From NCBI GenBank assembly GCA_032718475.1, contig JAUCBJ010007289.1, forward strand, positions 62,001 to 126,000: 64,000 nt of DNA, given 5' to 3'. The DNA comes from Nemertoderma westbladi (taxonomy: Eukaryota; Animalia; Xenacoelomorpha). The position numbers were made by a program, and so were the translations under genes. Positions 1-11,690 of this stretch are shown here, in pieces. The notes beneath the pieces were generated by a model. The model made no database searches and had not been told where the DNA came from. It saw nothing but the letters and a program-made list of their open reading frames with translations. Positions within the stretch are counted from its first letter, which is position 1. The number at the start of each line of letters is the position of its first letter.

Positions 1-1070
1 AGTTAACACATGGAGACTGATCCCACGGTAGTTTGTTGGTATACCGAAGAATCCTTTCCTTTCATAGGGAGAGGCTTTGGTTGACTTTTAGTCCAAATTG
101 GTGGTGGCTTTTAACCTTTCAGAATGATCTGTTTAGCACTAGGCCTACTGTTTTCCATAACTCTGCAGCGATTTCAGATAATCCACTCGCTTTATTATTA
201 GACATGTTTAAGTGTTTCTCTGGAGTTCGGCAGGTGTATCTATCTATAATCGGCCAGCTGCATTGCAGCTGCATATTGAGATTCTGGCTTAACAAAAATG
301 ATTTGCCACCACCATGCAATCCACAATTGACAAGCCCAATTCAGCGTGCGTTAAGAATGCTATGCCGGCTTATCAAGAAAGTTGTACAGCCACAACTCCC
401 TATCCCCCATGACTTTCGCGAGATTGTCCTCAGCTTATCCTCATCCAGTGTCCTTTAAGAGGCGTCTAAAGAAAGTTATGAGCTGTCCACCCCCACCATG
501 CTTATTTCCTCCATGGGGCTGTCAAAGTACTAGATTGTGCACGGCGAAAATAGTATCCTGCAAAGCTGAGGCGGCTTTATTCTAGTGTCAAGATTTGGGT
601 AACTAATGAGACACTTCGAATGTTATATAGTGTCTGGTTGGATGGACCTAGACGCAGCCTTAACTGCCTTCTTAGCCGCTGTAGTCCGTTTGAGTCGGGA
701 CTCTTTCTGTGCCTTAGTTAGATCGGCACTTCTAAATTCCGTGATCCGTCTAGGGGGGCCATTTTTCTGCTTCGAGTGTATACAGGAACTGTTTTTGCAG
801 CTGCTACTGCCTCTGTGAAGGCAGTATAGCCGTCACAATAATCTGTTGCCTCAGATGAAAGGGCCTCATACCTGTTGTTCTGTTCTAATGTGAATCTGAG
901 TTAGGCCTACTGCTTTCCATAACTCTGCAGGCCCAGGGATTTCATCAAATGCACCCTTTATTGTTATACATGTATTAATCTTTCTCTGGAGATCGGCAGG
1001 GGTAAATCCGCTCTCATTGTCATTATATTTTAATTTTAGGGATGACCTCGATGTTGGGTTGCTGCCCAAG
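1..1070 (-). mobile_element. Degraded RTE-clade LINE fragments
   Basis: KASGLSEIAAELWK (119-319) and DEIPGPAELWK (866-1069) resemble the pre-RT 'KAxGxDxIPAELWK' motif. 340-660 is the reverse complement of the RTE 3' segment seen at 3207 and 41080. Confidence 0.6.
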
Positions 1071-1653
1071 CAAGTTACTGAAGCGATCTCTCCAATTCAC
1101 AACACGTTCTTCAGGTATATCAGTTTTAGCGAGACTTAGCGCAACTTTTCCAACCAGATACCACATTTACAGTTTGCCAGGCTAGGCCTGATTATGTAAT
1201 TGCTTCAATATTCTCTTGTATGTATTTGCCTGGCAATAATGTTAAGTTTGTATGCAACTTTGAGATCTTCATCTTTGACGATGTTTCCACTGTTGGTTGT
1301 TACATTTTTTTAAACACATGAACTGTTAGTGGTACCACACTGGATGGTGCTGGTTGGGTTATAGGATTTTGGGACGGATTCTAGCTGGAGGGTCGACAGA
1401 TTATTTAACTGTAACAAAATGTTGAGTTTCTTGATGCCCTTAGCGCGGTAGCCTGGAGATCGACAATATTCGCAACCATATGAACAATGAATATTTATTA
1501 TATTTATACGCTAACCCTCCCAACTCCACTCCACCCATCCACAACACTGACCATACCATACCACACACCATCCCTCTATATCTCCCCCCCCCCCTCCCCT
1601 CTATAACACACCTCCACCATACCCAACCATAATATACCCCACTACACCCTACG

Positions 1654-2141
1654 CATTGCTGTTCAACTAATTTTGTAGTGACAAATTAACTGAACCCAAA
1701 TTAATTAATGTAAATGATAATTCAACTAATTATTTCAACTAATTTTGAGGTGTTTAGTTAAATAAAAGTTGAAAATTCAACTAAAATTTAACTAAATACC
1801 AAAATTGCGAATATTTCAGGTAATCATAGCAACCGAGATGTAATTGGCGTTTCGCAACACGTTTTCATTTTCAATTTTCATATGATTAACACTATGTTAA
1901 CTTAACAATAGGTGTTATTACTTGTTATTGTTTAGAGAGCATTCAGTCGAGACTTTCAACGAGATGGTTCAGAACAGCCAAAGGACAAGGGAAAATAGAA
2001 AACCCTTTAAACCCGAAAGCTTTCGGAATTTAGTTAGATTTTAGTCAACTATTTATTTTAAAAAATTTGCAGTGACAAGTTAAATAAAATCACTTTAACT
2101 AAATAACATCAAATGACAACTTAACTAGTTGAACAGCACTG
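1654..2141. mobile_element. MITE, hAT-like termini
   Basis: TIRs CATTGCTGTTCAACTA ... TAGTTGAACAGCACTG (1 mismatch) and many internal (T)CAACTAA/TTAACTAA motifs. TSD not clean. Confidence 0.6.
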
Positions 2142-3206
2142 AATCTACACCTACCACACCCCATCACAAAATGTTCTAGAATATTGTGTATTTATTAATT
2201 GGAATAATTCTCCTCCAGCAAACGAGAAGGCTTTATTAGTCTTTTTTCATTTGGTCAGGTCGACAGGTTTACGCAGTGGTAATTCATGGGTGTCGGACGA
2301 AAGACCACGCAGAAATTGTAGGCGAGAGGCGACCAAACTAAAGGCCGACTAGTGTCAATCAAATCTACAATAGGCCCTGGTCGTAAATGCTATGAGTTCT
2401 GAACGGGAATGAATTGTAATTGTCCCATATTGGTACTAGTATGGTAATATTGATCGAGACCAATTACAACCCATCCATATACTGATTGAATTTGGCATGG
2501 AATAACCCATCTATTGTGATCATTGTATACTACTGGGGATGAGTTAATGTGATACAGTATGTATAATTGGATAACAACAACGTGGTTTGAATGTAGGTTG
2601 CATTGTATAGCTACTTATCTCCAGCGTGAACGGTAAATGTACCGCCTGTTCTTCCAGGATATTAGTTGGACGCACAAAGACCCAATAAGGCAGCAACTAA
2701 GCATGGCAATGTATTTACGTAAACAGTAGATTTTGTAACGGATGTGACATTGGTTGGGAGAGGGATAAGAGGAAATTGATTTCGCAGGGTAGAAATGGCT
2801 CTGATTCAGAAACTCAAGCGATACTTTAAGATTTGTTGTATTAGCCGGAGATAGGAGATGGGGTGTGTGTGCGTGCAGTTGTAGCTCATCATCAATCGCT
2901 CTCGGCTATTAATTTCATTTATATATAACAATCCACTTACTATGGAGTGGCAAAGTTATTTTAGGATTCGGTGTGATTAAATTTAAAATAGTTTTGTTGT
3001 TGTTGCATGAGATAATAGTGTAAGACATTAGCTCTGAAGTATGTAAAATTTATATTTATTTTCACAAACATTTAAGAATAATTAAGAATAAATTGAGTAT
3101 ATTTATAAAAAGAAGCCCATGCTAACTACTAATTTTAAAATCTTTTTGAATTTTTTTCCACCTTGTCACTTCTTTTCTTTCATATTGCATTTTCCCTATC
3201 CGTGCT

Positions 3207-3550
3207 CACCAGACACGATATAACATTGGAGGTGTCTCATTGGTTCCCCCAAGCTTGACACTAGAACAAAATCGCCTCCGCTTTTCAGGACATTGCTTTC
3301 GCAGTGAGAACCAGCCAGTGCATAATCTTGTACTTTGGCAGCCTAATGGAGTGAATAAGCATGGTGGACAGCCCATGACTTTCTTGAGACGCATCTTAAA
3401 AGACACTGGCCTTGAAGATGCGGATGATCTAGCAAATGTCATGGGTGATAGGGAGTTGTGGCGGTGCAATTTTGTTGACAAGCCGGCACAGCATTCTTAA
3501 AAATGCAGCTGCAATGCAGCATGCCGATCATAGTAGTAGTAGTAGTAGTG
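3207..3550 (+). mobile_element. 5'-truncated RTE LINE 3' end
   Basis: RLRFSGHCFR...NLVLWQP...KDTG...DRELWR C-terminus and (AGT)n tail. Near-identical to 41080-41415. Confidence 0.85.
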
Positions 3551-3906
3551 CTCACCAGCGTGATCTATTTCACGTTGACATTGACCCAGAACACACGGAC
3601 TCACTCCTGCTAAGGTAGAGAGGCAACGTATATACTGTAATTGGAGGAATAATTCATGTAATTTTGAACAAATCATTTTCATGACTGAATCACTGATATT
3701 ATTATTGATCACCATTATTGGACGAACGTAATGTGTTCTTGTCCTACTATCTACTATTGTTTGTTCATGTCTGCTTTACGTTTACTGATTGTCTGAGTAT
3801 TTGTTGTTCATGTTGCAATGCTCATATTTCGTTTTCTTTACTTAGTGACTTGTCTCATATAATTGCCATTAAACTAATCGAATCTACTGACATTAAGGTA
3901 AACTAT

Positions 3907-4175
3907 ATAATAATAATAATAATAATAATATTGGTTATTTATATAGCGCTTTTTTACGCTCAGCATACTCAAAGCTCTTTTATTATCATTACCCCAGCAA
4001 AGCCAGGTTCCCATTATACCGCTGGGTTGGCGTAGGCACTAATGTCTAAAGTGTCTTCTTGCCTAGGGACACAACAGTGCGAAATTTCTACAGCCTTTAG
4101 TCGGATTCGAACCTGCACCACCAAACGCTATTGTGTAAGCAGTTCAGGCGCCGTATCCACTCGGACACTGCGACA
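3907..4175 (-). mobile_element. tRNA-derived SINE
   Basis: Minus strand shows A box TGTCCGAGTGG, B box GGTTCGAATCC, central TGTTGTGTCCCTAGGCAAG, and a 3' AAGCGCTATATAAAT(ATT)n tail typical of L2-mobilised SINEs. Confidence 0.8.
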
Positions 4176-4481
4176 TAAATTATATATTCATAATTAATGG
4201 TGTGGTGTTAATTAATTAATTAATTATTCATAATTCATAATTACATAATTATATATATTCAATATGTAACATAAATTAACGTAAGATAGCTTTACTAAAT
4301 CCGACTAATATATCAAATTTGTGGTAAAATTTTGTACGAATTTAATATAACATTTTGTTTTTGTAGGCTAAATATATAAATATATATATAATATACATAT
4401 CGTAGCTAGGCCTACATGATATCGTTTCTATTAATATTACCAATATTTATTAACATATACACATTGTGACAATTTATTATA

Positions 4482-4939
4482 ATGGTGAATTATTTTTGGT
4501 TTCTCTTAAGCATTGGAGTTCCCATAGTGACCGCTCAAACTATACGTACGCGTATAAGGAATGCGAATTACGATTCCAATATTCCTCCAACTAGTTTGCA
4601 AAACCATCCCATCAATGTCTCCTTGTGGCTATATAACGTGGTTATGGTAGAACACAAACACATGCACGTCGGATTCGGACTTAGCGCCACCTGGTTCGAT
4701 GAGCGATTAGCATCGATCATGTCGGAAGACACTGAAGTATTGGATTCTGAAGATTACACATTGTTATGGATACCGGAGGTGGAGGTAACTAGAGGTGTAG
4801 TGTCTAGAGAAGCATCTCCATTGGGTCCCAAAGTACTTATTCATAGAAACGCCACTGTTAATAGCTTAAAGGTGATCGAGATTAATATTGGGTGTAAAAC
4901 AACTGCTGAGTTCTACCCTATGGATCGACTTTATTGCAC
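4482..4939 (+). CDS. Cys-loop ligand-gated ion channel subunit, exon 1 (signal peptide and most of the extracellular domain)
   Basis: Signal peptide MVNYFWFLLSIGVPIVTA; YDSNIPP; TWFDERL; LWIPEV; Cys-loop C-KTTAEFYPMDRLY-C (C-x13-C); donor AC|GTAAGT at 4939/4940 (phase 2). Confidence 0.92.
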
Positions 4940-5046
4940 GTAAGTAGTATAAAAACTAGTAATATTGAGCTACTGAATGGTCACGAATACTAATCATTAC
5001 GTCATACTGTTTTAATTTTACTATATATTTTTTACAGATAGGGGGT

Positions 5047-5081
<35 letters not shown>

Positions 5082-6706
5082 GCTGAACGCCAATAAAAAA
5101 TCCATCCCTCTCCAGGGGAAATTGGACCCAAATAACAGATGATTACTCTCAAAAATAAAACTGTAACTTGTGTTCAGTTTATTGTTTTGGTTAAATTAAC
5201 GTTCCACTGTAACCTGTTCCTTTCCCTAAATTGAGAATTTAACATTGAGGTTGGGGATATTAATTCACCAAGGCGGGTTTTGCGTCCAGTCCCACCCCCC
5301 CCCCCCCCCCCCCCCCTCCTTATCTCATTTTTTAAGCAACACACTGGAAGCAATAAACTGCATTGATGTAATTCAGACACTGTGGAATAAAGATCATTCT
5401 CTGCAGAGCCGAAACGGGAGCAGAAGGCTGGGTGGGTGTATACCATACGTTTGTATAATTCAATCCCTAGGGAACCGGTAACGGTTGGATAGAGATTAAT
5501 ACATGCACAGCATATGTCATTTATTTATACATAGACACATACATAAATAGTCTGAGCTGAAAAAAGGGCGTTTTCTTCCAATATTGTACACGTTTTTGAC
5601 GCAAGCAAAGCCCATCCCTCCCTGGGGGAAAATCCACGCAAATAACAGTTAAATTCTCAAAAATAAAACTGTATCCTGTTCTATTGAGTTTCGTTTATCG
5701 TTTTGGTTAGAATAACGTGACAGTCTCATTCCATGCAAATGTCAACCGCAGTGCCAATTTTGAAAAAAGTGAATTATTGCTTCTCATATCAATTTTCAGA
5801 ACCAATATATGATGCGGTTTACGAATTTAATACAAAAAACCGCATCAAAATTGGTTAACTTTCTGAAATCTGGTGTTATTCGGCTTTACCTCTCAAACTG
5901 CAAAAATACAGTTAACTGAGTGCATAATATGACAACCGCGTTTTATGAGTATTTTTAGGCAGATGGCAACGTAATAGAGTACTTTTCGAAGCAAAACAAT
6001 CATATTTTCTAATGAAATCATTTGCTGTCAATTAAAACAACGTTGTGTCTAAAAATTCAGTGCTCATAATCTGCTTACATCATAATGTCCCGCACTTTAC
6101 GCTGAACACCATATTTTGTTTGTACAGGATAGACATATTATAATAGAATGATGATATGTCGTTTGTAAAGCACAAATATATGTATCTTTAATCTGGAGTA
6201 CTTAGTTTGTTTGTGGTGTTTCGTGTTATGTGGTAAACAGGTGTCCCGCACTTTACGTAAAGTGCGGGACAAAAAGTAGAAATATCAAAGGAAGTAGAGT
6301 AAGCGTGTACTTAGATGGGAGAACTTCAACTGGAATAATCATAACAGACATTTAATCACTTCATATCATCTGCTATTAAGACACTATGAAAAAATTCATG
6401 ATGATCACATATATTTTAGTAAATATCCTCAAATTATTAATTCCTATTATTATTAGTTTTTTCAAACTCTGAATATTATTTATAGGCCTGCTATTAACCC
6501 CTTCCTGGATGGAGCGTACTACAAATACAATCTCCCATATGCGCACGGCCTAGACCGTACATGGTACGCTACTATTTATTAACGGTTTTATGGGTGCACT
6601 ACAGTTCCAGGTCTAATGCTCTATGTAATCTGAATTACATTAGGACTACAGCGCACTTAAAATGTAGTTTTACATAAGCCTAATATAATATTGAACTGAC
6701 TGGGAG

Positions 6707-7976
6707 GGTGTTCGGACACTTCCCCCCCGGACAGTTCCCCCCCGCTCAAGTAGGACACTTCCCCCCCGGACACTTCCCCCCCAGACACTTCCCCCCCGCG
6801 GACACTTCCCCCCCGACTGTTCTTAACTTCGCACATTCGTATTTTTCATTTTGTAAGGTAAACGGACCGCTTGTATCCAGATAAGTTGTATCCAATTTTC
6901 CTTTCGTAGCTCAGAAAGTGATCTTTTGCATCCCGATTTTACATTTTATATCCAAGTTTTATTTATGGGTTTTATCAATGCAATTACATCGTATTGTTTG
7001 CTAATCTTTAAACAATTAATTATATTAGATGACCTATAAATTCCATCCCCGGAATGATATACTGTTTTTATTAACTATAGAATTATAATAATTAATTGTT
7101 TTAATTATAGGTATTATTATGTAATAGTCTTCTTCAAATTGTAGCAGATGGGGATGAATATTATTGTTGCAATCAAAATTATACCTCTCCAGGGTAAAAT
7201 CGACATGCGTCGACCTGTATTCTGTGTTCAGCATTACATATTGATATACATATTACTACTATACATACTATATAGATATTATACACACTACATATTAAAT
7301 TTCCTGGTTACTTGCAATATTTTTAATAGGATTTTGTTGAATTATATAATATTGTAGTAATTTATATATTAAATTGGTTAACATTCAATACAGCTCCTAC
7401 TTTAGGCTTAGTCAATTTATTATCTGATGATACAAACATGAATTAATTATTTCAAAATGGTCTTAAGTCTTTCACCACGGGCACTCAGGGAAATGCCGGG
7501 GTCTGGGGGCGATAACCCCCAAGAAAAGAAGCGGGGGTTTGGGGGCGGCAGCCCCCAAGAAAAGAAGCGGGGGTTTGGGGGCGGCAGCCCCCAAGAAAAG
7601 AAGCGGGGGTTTGGGGGCGGTAGCCCCCAACAAAAGAAGCGGGGGTTTGGGGGCGGCAGCCCCCAATTAAAAGAAATTAAAAGAATTAAAGGAATTAAAA
7701 GAAAAACAAACAAAATTTGACTATAAAAATGTTTCTTTTATAATTTTGAAAAAACTTGTCTAGATACAACTTGTCCTGTAACCATCTTTAACTTTTGTTT
7801 ATTGCTTTGATGCACCCAGATTAATTTTAACACTTTAACTGGGGGGGAAGTGTCCGGGGGGCAAGTGTCCGGGGGGGAAGTGTCCGGGGGGGAAGTGTCC
7901 TACTTGGGCGGGGGGGAAGTGTCCGGGGGGGAAGTGTCCGGGGGGGAAGTGTCCGGGGGGGAAGTGTCCTAGATCC
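6707..7976. mobile_element. MULE/Mutator-type non-autonomous element
   Basis: Exact 9-bp TSD GACTGGGAG (6698-6706, 7977-7985); GG...CC ends; inverted subterminal arrays of GGACACTTCCCCCCC. Confidence 0.85.
7495..7666. repeat. 36-bp minisatellite inside the MULE (about 4.5 copies)
   Basis: AAGAAAAGAAGCGGGGGTTTGGGGGCGGCAGCCCCC repeated; each unit has a GGGGGC..GCCCCC hairpin. Confidence 0.9.
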
Positions 7977-9439
7977 GACTGGGAGGTAATAATACAGCAA
8001 GTAGGAGCCACGCTGTACTAATGGCTTAGGGTAAGGCTACAAAATAATGATACAAACAAATTTGTTATTGTCGTGCCTACTCTTCTGTTTTACTTACAGT
8101 ATTAGGCACTATATGTTGGCCTCTATTTGTTTTTTTACTCCATTTAGGGGTGTTCGTACATTGTCAGTGGCAGAGCAATGTTTTGCGCCATTTTTTTCAT
8201 GCTGGGGCCGACTTTGAGAAAGGACAATGAAAAACTTCGTCTGAAACTTTGTTACGTTACTTATCCAATATTGGAATGCTAGAATGGCGTATTAAAGCCC
8301 GTACAGCCGTATGTTGGAGGCCTATTAATTATATCTATAATCCCCCCCCCCCCCCCCCTCCCCAACCCCCAACCGCCTCTTCACAACTGTGCAATGTGCA
8401 CTGTACTAAAGGACGGACCTCCAGTGGAATTGTATGCTTTAAATACTTGAACACTTACTTGACTGGCAGTCACATGTATACATGTACGCAGTAGTAAGGG
8501 GCTTTACAGGGCCAACTAAGTTTGGTAGGATAGGTTTAGTATTTTGGTTAGGGTTAGTTGCATTGTCATTCATTTTTAAGTTCAAATTATATGTAGCAAT
8601 CTCACTGACAAGTTTATAACTATCACTGATTTAGTCGGAATAATGTAATAATTACCGATTTAATGTGTTTATAAATGATAAAATCGCACGTCTCCCGCAC
8701 TTTACAATGAAATGTCCCACACTTTACATGACTTTGCTGCACCCCACTAATCCCCTGTTTCATTGATGTTACCTACCAGCTTACTAAAGGCTAATTTATT
8801 TTCCCTACATATCTAGGAACATCATGGAACAAAAGTTTTCCCACTAACTTTACTCAATTCGCTGAACTTTAGCAATGAAGTTGACAGTTGAGAATTTCAC
8901 TTTCGTACGCGTCCCGCACTTTACAATTTTTTGAAGCAAAATTCTGAGACATAAACTGCTGCAGGTTTTCCAAACTGCTTTTTTATACAGAACCGATAAT
9001 TGGTTTTTCTAAGAAACACAAGCATTATAATATTTTAGTTCATTTTCTTGATGTACAGTACTAAAGTATGCACAAAAAGTCGTACGAATGTCCCGCACTT
9101 TACATGGAATGAGCCGACACTGTAATTTTCTGCTCCTTTCTCTGAATTTATAGCTTTATAGATTTATAGCTCGATGAGATGGGATTTCCGTCAAGTTTTC
9201 CCCCTGTCCTCTCTGTCTCAAAAGTGGTCGTTACTTGTTTTTTAATTTTTGGCTAATACTGTACTAATATGGGAGATGCCTTATTAGAATTAGAGATGAT
9301 ATTTCTCACTGTGTGAGAGAGAGAGGGAGAGGGAGATTTAAATACATTTGATCACCTTTGCTGATCTGTAAGCAAGCTTCCATCAATATATATTCTGACT
9401 TCCATATCCCACTATTTCAAACTCCAACATATATTACCA

Positions 9440-9855
9440 TGCACACATCTCCAATCAGACACTATACAGCAGGGGAGGTGTCTCACTAGCCACTAAATCT
9501 TCACATTGGAAAAAAGCCGCTTCCGCTTTGCATGACATCGCTTTCGACGTGAGGACCCAGCGCCTGTGCACAATCTTGTGCTTTTGCAGCCCCATGGAGA
9601 AAATAACCATGGTGGACAGCCCGTGACATTCTTGAAATACCTCTTAAAGGAAACTTTCCTTGAAGATGTGTATAATCTCGCTCGCGGCATAATGTTGTCG
9701 ATAAGCCGGCATGGCATTCATTATGTACGCTGCATTATAGTATGCCATATGTGAATTGCATCCTGGAGGAAGAAATATGTTTTGTTAAGCCAGCGTAGCA
9801 TCACGATGTGTAGCATCAATGCAACAGGCCTATTAGAGTAGTGGTAGTTGTAGTA
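9440..9855 (+). mobile_element. Diverged RTE 3' fragment in the intron
   Basis: VHNLVLLQPHG...GGQPVTFL homologous to the 3207 and 41080 copies; degenerate (AGT)n tail. Confidence 0.75.
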
Positions 9856-9955
9856 TCACATATAGGCTAACAGAAGGTGAACTTAACTGAATTTATAAAC
9901 AACAATCTCAATCCAAATATCAATAATTATAGCCTTACACATTCTTCTCATATAG

Positions 9956-10562
9956 GTTACATTTCTCTTGTGGATCTACGCTTTGGGATACACCGCAGCG
10001 ATTACAATGGTCTTTGGATTCTCTTCACATCGAGGCCGATAAATTTATTATTTTTGGTTACATGTTTGATAGCGCCTATTTATCGCCACCTTCAAACAGA
10101 TCTTCAGATATATCAGCCACACTGATAGCTACCCGAAGCGCTCACACAAAGATGGTATCCACATACTTCATGCCATTTGTCTTCGTTATGTTGAGTTGGG
10201 TGACTTTCTACGTAGATCCTGCAGCTGTACCCGCCAGGGCAGCCATTATTATGCTGTCTATGATTGGTTCCTGCAACCTGTTGGTTTCGGTGATGAGACT
10301 GACCTCAGCGGCATCAGAGTTCGCTTATGCCGAACTCTACAACATCATTTCTGTTTCCTTGGTGGCACTTTCTTTAATTTTTATGGCAATCTGCGATATT
10401 ATGCGAGTTCAGAAATACAAGTTCAGAGGTTTAACATATCGTGGTATAAATACCTGTTGTCGGATTTTATTGCCAATCATATGTGCGACATTTCAGATAA
10501 TTTTTTGGCCAATTTATGCTAATCATTACAATGAGAGATCGATTAATCATCAATTGATTTAA
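9956..10562 (+). CDS. Cys-loop ligand-gated ion channel subunit, exon 2 (rest of ECD and M1-M4), anion-channel type
   Basis: Acceptor TTCTTCTCATATAG|G at 9955/9956 restores the frame (ACG TTA CAT...) into ORF 10014. LSWVTFYVDPAAVPAR is M1 plus the PAR motif; M4 is INTCCRILLPIICATFQIIFW. Spliced CDS 1065 nt = 354 aa. Confidence 0.92.
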
Positions 10563-11690
10563 CTTCCCCCATGTTACTACGTATGATAATTATTACAGTT
10601 ATTTCACCTTCACTGTAATTTTTTTTCATAATCTTCTATCTTTGTTTATGATGTGTTTTTGACTCCATTTGATGTATATATAGATTATATCCAATCATAA
10701 TGTAGTTTAGCTAGTAAGTACTGTAGTATGTGTTTAATTAATTATAATCATTGTTTTAATTATTGTAATCTAATTATAGGTAAAAAAAACAAGAGAAATC
10801 AAAGAAAATTTTTATTTCTGTAGAATCTCGACAGGTGATTGGTCGAGTTAATTTAGCAAATAACCCTTAAATATTTCGAGTATTTCAATTCGAACCACAT
10901 ATTTTAGATTCTATATTACCTTGTTAATTCTCAAAAAAATCTATCAAATTTTATTTTGCGTATCATATGTTTGTTTATTCATGGAAATTCTGCATAAAAA
11001 TCTTAGACTTTTCAAAATAAATTTGAAAAATGTTTTAATAGGATATTAAATCCCACGGTAACTGGACCTTCACTGACAACTCTGTTCCTATTAAGTTAAG
11101 ATTTGGTATTTTTTATAAGGACCTCGTTAAAATTAGTACTAATCATTTACCATTATAATCTTATACTCATAATATTAGCCCCAACAACCCCTGGATAACC
11201 TTTAAATCGATACGAACTGAAGAAAAACTGTACTGTAGTTACATAAAAAATAATATTGAAACGACTCGCTTGCTGTTTAATTTTTACTGTAAATCACTTA
11301 ACATCTACAATATGGGCTGCTGAAAATAATTATTATTCTTAACAATTTGAACGCAATTCCAACAATACCCGTAAAACATGGGCTGTTATTAACTCTGTGC
11401 TTCATACATCTTATGCGAAATTATCCCCAAAGAAACTAATCATTAACACAAATACTCATTCCCAAATTATATCTGACCCAAAAGAAATAGCCGAAACGTT
11501 CAATAAACATTTTGCTACTGTACGACCCAAAATACAAAGTACTTTACCACCCCGACCTAGATCGTCCTCTCCCCGCCATATATCCCAAAACCAACCAAAT
11601 TCACTCTCTTTGGCCGAAACATCCCCAATTGAGGTACATTTCAAAATTCTCAAACTAAAACTAAATAGCAGTTTTAACGATCCAGTCCCA

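Larger units (their letters stand above)
5723..9115. mobile_element. Non-autonomous DNA transposon, 4-bp TSD (Sola2-like, tentative)
   Basis: TIR GTCTCATTCCATG ... CATGGAATGAGCC; GACA duplicated at 5719-5722 and 9116-9119; motif TGTCCCGCACTTTAC recurs near 6086, 6242, 8692, 8713, 8910 and 9089. Confidence 0.75.

Noticed and set aside
4095-4175. tRNA genes (also 21697-21770)
   Set aside because: A and B boxes are present but there is no closed acceptor stem, and both continue into SINE bodies.
4482-4943. Stand-alone 153-aa secreted AChBP-like ORF
   Set aside because: The stop lies within a GTAAGT donor, and splicing to 9956 restores a full four-TM subunit.
7447-7720. QEKKRGFGGGSP / WGLPPPNPRFF repeat proteins
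   Set aside because: 36-bp minisatellite inside a non-autonomous MULE.
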